The translations under genes and the position numbers were made by a program. The notes beneath the pieces were generated by a model. It was not told the origin of the DNA. It was given only the letters and a program-made list of their open reading frames with translations, and ran no database searches. Positions 57,601 through 64,000 of a DNA stretch of 64,000 nucleotides are shown here, one piece after another; within the stretch, counting starts at the first letter, position 1; every line of letters begins with the position of its first letter. The stretch is from Podarcis tiliguerta (Eukaryota): the NCBI GenBank assembly GCA_965153285.1, contig OZ229117.1; one strand, written 5' to 3'.

Positions 57601-59988
57601 CCTATTCAGAAGTGTAAATTACTGTCAACTCAGACAGTTCATGGCTGACCCATTATAACCTGTCATAAGGGTCATCCAGACTTCCTTTTGCACTGTGCAT
57701 TCCAGGCACAGGTCCACACTTTAAAACACTGTGTCAGAACAGTTTATTTTAGTCCCAGCGCTTTATCTGGGAACACTCGCATTTACTACTGAATTGGAGC
57801 AAATGGCAATACAGTATGTGGGAAACCTGATTGCTGTTTGTTCCAATTCAGCGGTAAAACGTGGGTTTTCCTGGGGAAAGTGCCAGAGCAAAAAACAACA
57901 GCGCTCAGACATGCAGCTTTAACGTCCAGACCTGTGCCTAGAAACACAGCACAAAGGCAGTCTGGATGAGTCCTTAATGAGGGTACTGAGTAATTTAAGA
58001 AGGTGATGAATCGGTGTTGCTGTCCAATTCATTGTGCCTTGTAGGAAAAAAACAGCTTTAAGTAGCTCTGAAGCTCTTCATCAACCAGCTTGCACCCACA
58101 TGTCTATGTGACAGGTCCCACCCACACCTGTTGATAGGCATCCTTCCCTCTCTACATTCTCCGTGATGCCTCATCTGAGAACAAAGCCAACCTTTGGTCT
58201 TGGTGCCCTCCGTTTCATTGCCTGAAAGTGAGACAGGCAAGCAGCTGAAGACTGAGGTGGGTCTTGTAAATCCTCATCACCTAGGTTTGGTTTAAAACAC
58301 TGACACAGGAGGCACAATCCACTGAGAACTTTTCCTGCCCAGTCTATCCCCTTGAATGAAATGGAACTTATCTCATGCATAGAGGATGTAGAGCTAGAAG
58401 TGGAAAACTCAGGATGGGGAGGGATCATGCTCCATAGTACGCTTAGGACTTGCAGGGTCCTCTTCAGAGTCAGCAGGAAAGTGGGGAGGGTGATCCCACA
58501 ACAGTCCCATTAGTGAAGCAGGCATAAAGATGCCTCCAGGTGGGCCAAGCCAGGTATAAATAGCTTCTGCTTTGGCTTCTGCCTAGACAAGAGAAGAACT
58601 CCCAGTTTACTGTTCTCTTGGGCTTTTGTTTCCCTGAACTTCAGGCTCCTCAATCTAATTGCCTTTGCTCCATCTGCCTCAGTGCTTTGATTGCCAGCTT
58701 GAATACATAACTCAGATGTAACACTGAACCATGGCTTGGCATGAGGGAGGCCTCTCTCCTCTTGCATGCAGATTCCTTCCTTTGTATTCTGCTTGCCATT
58801 CACCACACACTACCCAGACATGCAAATTGGCAAACCCAGTTAACACTAGCCACCTAACCAGGGTGTACAAACTCACATTGGGATTCAAATCATGAATGTG
58901 AAGAAAATTATTAGCTGTAGCTTGCCAGTCCAGAAGCCACAGCAGCTTATGGCTGGCAAAAAACAGGTAGTGGGAAAGAACCCAGTTGTAAGATGAAGCT
59001 GGGAGCACATGAGTTCTCATGGAGCTCCCACATTCTAAGCCCATGTTTAAGCCTAACCTGAGCTGCTGCCTGATTTGGCTTCTAATTCTGCACAGGCACT
59101 TGCTTTCCCAGCCAGCCAGAGCTGCACAACCATCCCTATAAACTGTTCCACAGTCCAAAAAGGACAGTTCCAGGGCAGCCAGAGAAGAAACTACTGTTGT
59201 GAAAGTTGTCCCATTAAACTGGGCTCTAACTTATCAGCCTTTTGACAGCTTACATCTTATTTGGGCAATAGAGCATGTTTTCAACCCACAGCCAGGAAAG
59301 GCAGTACCTGCAATAGTGGGGTCAGCTGCAAAAGCATGGCCTGCTCGTACAGCAAATTCAGTTCAGCACAGCTGGAGAAGGACAGCTTGGAGGTGTGCAG
59401 GTAATAGTGGACGTGCCTGAAGGTGTAACCATCTCTGTCAATGAACAGGCGCACGTTTTCATTCTGAGTCAAAGCCGAAACCTCTTTCCAGATCAGAGAG
59501 TCTGGAAACTGGGCGATTTTGCTTTTGGGAACTGAGAAGCACCAGCCTCCGACATTCAGATGAATCAGCTCTTCCTCAGAAGATTCAGCTTCAGAAACTA
59601 TTTCTGATTCTTCCTAATTGAAAGGTGGGGGAGAAATCAGTACAAGCTCAGAGCAGATCCTAAGCCTTTAAAATAACCACACCAGTGAATTCCCCTCCCC
59701 CACCCGCTTTTTTAAAATCTATGTTAAAAAGAAGCCCCCCACCCCCCGATAATGCTTCGGATCCGAGGATGCTGTCGAGTGCGGGACAAGGAAGGATGCA
59801 TGCTCCCCAGCTGCACATGCTCAGAGACGCTCTTTCCTGGCGCTGGAAAAAAGGCGGAGAGCGCGCTCCGTGTGGGGGCGTGTGTAGAGGGAGACCTTCC
59901 CCGCCCCCGGTTCCAGCCCTGCACAGGGGGCCCATTTAGGGTTTCCGCTCTCTCTGCCCTGCTCTCCTGAGGGGATCCCCTTTACCAT
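39520..59988 (-). CDS. KCTD19: KCTD19, BTB/POZ domain protein (meiotic, ZNF541/HDAC complex), whole spliced gene span; 16 coding exons, 921 aa
   Basis: Exons chain in phase to 2766 nt. BTB motifs [60 protein letters not shown] closely match recalled human KCTD19. Confidence 0.96.
39777..39793 (+). promoter_or_regulatory. Candidate CTCF site
   Basis: TGCTGCAGGGGGCGCCA resembles the CTCF core motif. Confidence 0.45.
41140..41241 (-). CDS. KCTD19: KCTD19 exon 15 ([18 protein letters not shown])
   Basis: CAG acceptor, GTAAGT donor, 102 nt. Confidence 0.93.
41603..41757 (-). CDS. KCTD19: KCTD19 exon 14 ([24 protein letters not shown])
   Basis: TAG acceptor, GTAAGA donor, 155 nt. Confidence 0.95.
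42055..42330. mobile_element. Partial copy of the same AT-rich element family as 23079-23945
   Basis: Shared TTTCTCA.TTTTCCA.T.T.A.ATTC.GTTCTC motif. Confidence 0.5.
42990..43184 (-). CDS. KCTD19: KCTD19 exon 13 ([16 protein letters not shown]..)
   Basis: CAG acceptor, GTACTG donor, 195 nt. Confidence 0.9.
43360..44105 (-). mobile_element. CR1 LINE reverse transcriptase fragment (degraded)
   Basis: Minus strand 43934-43911 encodes KFADDTKL, the CR1 RT catalytic motif. Confidence 0.85.
44850..45170 (-). mobile_element. L2-type LINE ORF2 fragment (endonuclease-RT linker)
   Basis: Translates as [46 protein letters not shown] with frameshifts and stops. Confidence 0.7.
45384..45984 (-). CDS. 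KCTD19: KCTD19 exon 12 (divergent linker with [15 protein letters not shown])
   Basis: TAG acceptor; G|GTGAAT phase-1 donor chosen to match exon 13; 601 nt. Confidence 0.82.
46290..46575 (+). mobile_element. CR1 LINE 3' end with TTCTTATGTTCTTA terminus
   Basis: TTAAAAGAGGGCTAGACAAA..GGCTATCAATGGCTACTAGCC; terminal microrepeat. Confidence 0.8.
46606..46711 (-). CDS. KCTD19: KCTD19 exon 11 ([20 protein letters not shown]..)
   Basis: CAG acceptor, GTAAGG donor, 106 nt. Confidence 0.9.
46950..47240 (+). mobile_element. CR1 LINE ORF2 C-terminal fragment
   Basis: ATGCTAGGAATAATCAGGAAAGGA..TTTAGTTTAGAGAAAAGG..GTTTATAAAATT ([18 protein letters not shown]). Confidence 0.75.
47244..47485. mobile_element. 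Tc1/mariner(pogo)-type MITE
   Basis: TIRs CAGTGGTACYTYGGGTTA; TA flanks; internal TAACCTGAAG repeats. Confidence 0.92.
47973..48056 (-). CDS. KCTD19: KCTD19 exon 10 ([21 protein letters not shown]..)
   Basis: CAG acceptor, GTATCC donor, 84 nt. Confidence 0.92.
48830..48972 (-). CDS. KCTD19: KCTD19 exon 9 ([24 protein letters not shown])
   Basis: CAG acceptor, GTAAGT donor, 143 nt. Confidence 0.95.
49187..49226. repeat. Perfect 20-bp tandem duplication ATTAATCAAAGTTTTATTAA x2
   Basis: Direct reading. Confidence 0.85.
50225..50322 (-). CDS. KCTD19: KCTD19 exon 8 (..[19 protein letters not shown])
   Basis: CAG acceptor, GTACAG donor, 98 nt. Confidence 0.93.
50753..51014. mobile_element. GC-rich hAT-type MITE
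   Basis: Perfect 17-bp TIR CAGTGGCGTAGCGTGGG; perfect 8-bp TSD AGTGGGCC. Confidence 0.93.
51405..51585. mobile_element. GC-rich hAT-type MITE
   Basis: Imperfect TIR CA(G/C)TGG(C/T)GGAG; TSD CTTGCAGA / CTTACAGA. Confidence 0.8.
52045..52105 (-). mobile_element. (GAA)n tail plus short 3' remnant of a lacertid-type SINE
   Basis: (GAA)8 followed by GAGTTTGGATTTGATATCCCGC. Confidence 0.55.
52316..52476 (-). CDS. KCTD19: KCTD19 exon 7 ([10 protein letters not shown]..)
   Basis: AAG acceptor, GTAAGT donor, 161 nt. Confidence 0.93.
53043..53265 (-). CDS. KCTD19: KCTD19 exon 6 (..[26 protein letters not shown])
   Basis: TAG acceptor, GTATGT donor, 223 nt. Confidence 0.93.
53437..53568 (-). CDS. 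KCTD19: KCTD19 exon 5 ([17 protein letters not shown]..)
   Basis: TAG acceptor, GTGTGG donor, 132 nt. Confidence 0.92.
54008..54199 (-). CDS. KCTD19: KCTD19 exon 4 ([31 protein letters not shown])
   Basis: TAG acceptor, GTAAGC donor, 192 nt. Confidence 0.95.
55815..56085 (+). mobile_element. L2-type LINE ORF2 C-terminal remnant
   Basis: Degenerate NTAARL..KAL..GPGYL signature. Confidence 0.5.
56635..56785 (-). CDS. KCTD19: KCTD19 exon 3 ([31 protein letters not shown])
   Basis: CAG acceptor, GTAAAA donor, 151 nt. Confidence 0.95.
59308..59613 (-). CDS. KCTD19: KCTD19 exon 2 (BTB1)
   Basis: TAG acceptor, GTACTG donor, 306 nt. Confidence 0.95.
59986..59988 (-). CDS. KCTD19: KCTD19 exon 1 coding part (ATG only)
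   Basis: Minus strand AACATG|GTAAAG; phase 0 joins EESEIVSE. Confidence 0.8.
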
Positions 59989-60138
59989 GTTGCTGGGCAG
60001 GCGGAGGGAGGGGCGGAGGACCATCCTGAGGGGACGGGGCAGAGCGCCCAGCAGGGCAAAGCAAAGGCCGGGCGACGGCGGCCGCTCAACGGCCTCCTTG
60101 GCTCGCGGCTTCGCCGCCGCCGCGCGGTGTTTGCCCGG

Positions 60139-60151
60139 GTTGCCAGGCAAC
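60139..60151. promoter_or_regulatory. RFX X-box palindrome GTTGCCAGGCAAC
   Basis: Matches GTNRCC-N(0-3)-RGYAAC. Confidence 0.7.
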
Positions 60152-60164
60152 GCGCGGCGGCCTC

Positions 60165-60234
60165 ATGGCGGTGGCGGTGCCGCTGAGCGAGGCCTGGATT
60201 CGCCGGCAGCCGGCTCTGCGGGGGCTACAGCCAG
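60165..60234 (+). CDS. LRRC36: LRRC36 coding exon 1 (MAVAVPLSEAWIRRQPALRGLQP)
   Basis: ATG in CpG island; G|GTACTG phase-1 donor matching exon 2; length and style similar to recalled human N-terminus. Confidence 0.8.
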
Positions 60235-61331
60235 GTACTGACCGCCAGCTAGCGAGAGGGCTGGCCGGGGGCGCGCGCGAAGGGGCCTCCTCGCTCGGTC
60301 TCCCCAAGGAGCGGCCCCCCCCCCCAGCGCCGCCATGGGGCAGCCTCCCCGGCCGACCGACCGACCACGGCTACTTAGGCCCAGCCAAGCTCAAGCCTAT
60401 CTCCAAGCCTCGCTGCTTCCAGAGTTAAGGGACCCTTCGGTCACCGGGTGTGGACATTCTGCACATGCTCAGGGGCGCTCCTTTTCATAGTCTGGCACAG
60501 TCCACGACTTCATTAGAGCATTTGGACGTTTCCAGGGAAGGCTGGCCGGTCGGAAGGGTAGTAGGCATGTGTGAAACAGAACTAATTCCCCTGAACTTTT
60601 GTTCCATGCGGAACGGCTCCCTTTCCCCCCCTGGCTTCTTCTCTTGTCCCTCCGCCCTGGCGAAAACTTCTAGCTATAAGTACGCGAGGAGAGTGGAAAG
60701 TACTCCGCGGTGGGGGGGCCTCAAGAGGAGGACTCAGAGGGGGACTGAGTGGGGGAGGGGCTTCTTTCGGGGACGGTGGTGGTGCGGGGTGCTGGTCCTT
60801 GGGACAGGGCAGCCAAAGTACCTTGCTGAGTAGCACGAGGCCAGTTCAGGGATTTTTCTGCAACTCGGGTGCACTGAAGCAAAATCAGGCTAGGATGAAG
60901 CAGTAGCTTTGTTTTGTTGTGAGGGGATCTTACATAAAAAGGGAGATCCCACGAGCCTTTTACAGCTTTCTGCCCTTGGCACCAGGTTGGGGAATTTAAT
61001 ATTGTTAAACCTATAGCAGCAAATTCAGTGCTGCCTTAAGTCCACTCTGAATGTGTTGGGCAGATTGCCTGCCTCTCTTTTTATATGTTTTAATACTATT
61101 TATAACACACTCTTCTCTCTCAAAGCAACCAGTCAAAGCAGCTAATAAAAGTATTAAAAAGAAAACAAAGATAAATCTTTTTTTAAAGGAAGAAAGAAAG
61201 AAAGAAAATGCTAGATAGTTTGTGTTTACACTCAGGAGAGTGGAATCTGATTTGAAAGAATTGCTTCTTGTTTTCTAAATGCTTATTAGAGGCAGATTTA
61301 GGGAGTTTGACCAGTTCGTTCACACGGTGCA

Positions 61332-61349
61332 GAGCCTAGGGGGCGCTGC
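61332..61349 (+). promoter_or_regulatory. Candidate CTCF site in LRRC36 intron 1
   Basis: GAGCCTAGGGGGCGCTGC. Confidence 0.35.
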
Positions 61350-61870
61350 AACTATTATTTCGAATTGGGCGGAGGAGGTACTAAATTAAATATTGAGACC
61401 CCAAGGTCCTCCGCTGTTCTCATCCAAACCATCTTTGCCTCTAGATAAACTGGTTCTGCAGGTTTTGAATGATTACAAAAACCTGTTTGATTAGAGGCAA
61501 CAGTGCATAAAAAGATGTTTGTGCACCATGGGAGCTCTTCTAAAAGTATTTTCTCTATCCTAAGAGATCCTCCTTTGAAATGCTGCTTACGACTTGTGTC
61601 TCTTGAGAGTTATTTCTTTAATTTTTTTCAGTTTAGTGCCAGTTTGCACTATTGTATTCTGCCACAGTGGGGTTTAGGGGTTGCAGCTTAATAGGACCCA
61701 TACTTGTGGATGACAGCAACATATTTTACATCTACCCCCCCCCCTCCCATAGTCAGAATATACAAAGCTAAAAGAAATCAGATAGACAAATTTTCTGATA
61801 TGTGAAAAACTGCAGTTTAAGAACTGTAGGAAAGACCAAAATACATTTACAAGTTGCCATTTTTTTCCAG

Positions 61871-61998
61871 AACAGGTGGAGTCCATCTCTCTGCAGGGAA
61901 CCCATGCAGCCAAAATTGTCTCTCTTGGAGATGGCCTGAAAGCCTTTAAAAACCTTCAGTCCTTAGATTTGTCAAAGAACCTGCTTGCTTGTCTAGAG
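61871..61998 (+). CDS. LRRC36: LRRC36 coding exon 2 (EQVESISLQGTHAAKIVSLGDGLKAFKNLQSLDLSKNLLACLE); gene continues beyond the window
   Basis: TTTTCCAG acceptor, GTGAGT donor; LRR consensus LxxLDLSxN; synteny with KCTD19. Confidence 0.9.
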
Positions 61999-62311
61999 GT
62001 GAGTTCTGCGGCCCTTCATGGTTGCTGCAGGATAATCTATTGAGACATTAGCTCTTCTTTGCCAAAAGCCAGAGCCTGGGATGCCCCTGAACTGTGAAGC
62101 CGGTAATTGTGGTGATGAATGATTCTTGTTTCCCAAGTGGAGGTGCTTGGTAAGAGGCATCTCACCCATATCCTTTCCTGCCTTCACATGTCTAATATGG
62201 CGTGCTAGCAGCTCAGTCTTGGAAGTGATATATACCTAGACTGTAGGCTGCAATCCTAAACCTGCTTACCTGGGAGTAAGACCCAATGACTTTAGTGGGC
62301 CTTATGGCTGC

Positions 62312-62505
62312 ATGTTGGGAAAGATGGGGGGCACAAGGAGAAGGGGACGACAGAGGACGAGATGGCTGGATATTGGACAGTGTTCTCGAAGCTACAAACA
62401 TGAGCCTAACCAAACTGCGGGAGGCAGTGGAAGACAGGAGTGCCTGGCGTGCTTTGGTCCATGGGGTCACGAAGAGTCGGACACGACTAAACGACTAAAC
62501 AACAA
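62312..62505 (+). mobile_element. BovB (RTE) LINE 3' end
   Basis: MLGKMGGTRRRGRQRTRWLD / SVLEATNMSLTKLREAVEDRSAWRALVHGVTKSRTRLND*, then (CAA) tail. Confidence 0.9.
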
Positions 62506-63102
62506 AAATGCTTGTACAACTTAAACTCACACAGGGACAAGCAAAGGAGGATGCCTTCACCCCAGTGTGGCTCCCCTTTATCACATATACAGCCCCACAA
62601 GACAGTGTCCTATCCCACCACACCCCACAACAACATACAAATCAATATGGCTAATCTGACCCAACAACACCCCCCCCCCACATGCAAACATACCACATTG
62701 CAATCAACAGAACACAACCAACTAAGCTCCGGATCCGCTAATAGAAACTTTATTAAAATGTGCTTTGGAGCAGTTCTCCTAACTTCTGGTTTGGAGTAAC
62801 TGTCAGTATGGGAATAGTTTCTTTGAATAAACTGGGTTCCTACCAGGAAGCTCAGCTTGCATATCTGCCTTGGATTTCTTTCTTTAAGGTTTTATTCCCT
62901 CACCTGGGCATGAACCATTGGGAGGTGGTTTAGAAGCAAATCTCTAGTACAATGCTAAGAACAGAGATGCAGCTCTGTGCTGGCTTCCTTGTGTTTTCCA
63001 GCACAATTCAAGATTGTACCAACCTTTTAGAGTTATTTGAGAATGTTGACAATATGTGGAAATATAAAGGCAATTATGCAAATATTATATATTTTGAAGG
63101 AA

Positions 63103-63275
63103 GGGCCACAGCTTCGTGGCAGAGCAGCTGTTTTGCATGCAGAAGGTCTCAGGTTCAATTCATGGCATCTCCAGGTAGGGCTGGGAATGTTCCTTGCCTG
63201 AAACCCTGAAGATTTTCTGCCAGCCACTGTAGACAGCACTGACCTAGACAGACCAAGACTCAGTATGTGTTCCTA
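63103..63275 (+). mobile_element. tRNA-derived SINE (squamate Squam3-like)
   Basis: tRNA-like head with A box (TGGCAGAGC) and B box (GGTTCAATTC) followed by a non-tRNA body. Confidence 0.75.
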
Positions 63276-63833
63276 TATACTTCCGAAACACTTCTGACAA
63301 GGCTATAGTTTGGCTCTCCAGGTATTGTGAACTGCCTTGAGATTTTCGGATGAAGGGCAGAATATAAATTTAATAAATAATAAAATATATTTGGACTCAA
63401 AGGTGGGTGTACAGCAGTATAGTGGGGTTGCAATAAGAGTTTTCTGAGCCACAGAAAAAGCCAGAGGTGGAGGGGCAAGTCAAGAGAGAAGGCAAAAGAC
63501 AGAGGCACCTCCAAGGAAGAGTGTGAGGGACTAATGTGATGGAGGGATAGACTCTGTCCTCAGACCTGCTCTGGAGGCTGTTAGGTCTAGGAGCAAATGA
63601 CAAAGAGTGGTGCTGAGCCCTGCCTGCCCTCTGGCACAAGAGGGGTCTAAGAATACTCTGGAGGGTTTGTTCCTGTGGAGAGTACCACAGGGCTATTTAA
63701 TTTATTCACAAATAATCTGGAGGTACAGGAGGCTTACTTTCCACGTTAAGTGACAGTGTGAATGAGCTCATAGTCATTTAGAATGACGAAAATGCAAGCA
63801 GATTGTGAGAAACACCAAAAGAGCTCTCCAAAC

Positions 63834-64000
63834 CAGTGTTTCCCAACCGGGGCCATATGGCCCCCTGGGCCCCTCTACGATATTTCAAGGGGCCCACAGG
63901 TGAAAATTGCGTAAATGAGGTGGCCACAGAGGGAAGTGAGAAGTGAAGGAATATATATATATCTACTTGAACAATCACAAGAGGGTTAGAGGGCATCTCA
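63834..64000. mobile_element. Left end of a hAT-Charlie-like element, cut by the window end
   Basis: CAGTGTTTCCCAACC terminus and GGCCCC subterminal motifs. Confidence 0.5.

Larger units (their letters stand above)
59830..60400. promoter_or_regulatory. CpG island / bidirectional promoter of KCTD19 and LRRC36
   Basis: Very high GC and CpG; divergent ATGs 176 bp apart; GGGCGG GC box near 60011; X-box at 60139-60151. Confidence 0.88.

Noticed and set aside
59660-60833. Many overlapping ORFs around the CpG island
   Set aside because: Stop-codon scarcity in GC-rich DNA; only the KCTD19 ATG and LRRC36 exon 1 have splice support
63103-63175. tRNA gene
   Set aside because: Degenerate cloverleaf continuing into a SINE body, so it is a tRNA-derived SINE head

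Overview
Vertebrate genomic DNA from a squamate reptile, most likely a lacertid lizard (inferred from the repeat content: BovB, CR1, L2, tRNA-SINE, Tc1/pogo and hAT MITEs). It carries the syntenic block PLEKHG4 (+), KCTD19 (-), LRRC36 (+). PLEKHG4 has 22 coding exons traced by splice-phase continuity from 3464 to stop at 36141 (about 1913 aa; first exon not fixed). KCTD19 is complete, with 16 coding exons from 59988 to 39520 (921 aa). Only the first two LRRC36 exons are in the window, head-to-head with KCTD19 across a 176-bp CpG-rich gap. Most notable: (1) PLEKHG4 keeps an ARHGEF40/PLEKHG4B-type N-terminal domain and a 1.94-kb exon that the canonical human protein appears to lack; (2) candidate internal promoters/first exons; (3) a 2-codon last exon that creates a class I PDZ ligand; (4) an RFX/MYB bidirectional promoter; (5) several insertions with intact target-site duplications. 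Homology calls rest on recalled protein sequences, not database searches. No CRISPR, rRNA, true tRNA or prokaryotic system was seen.
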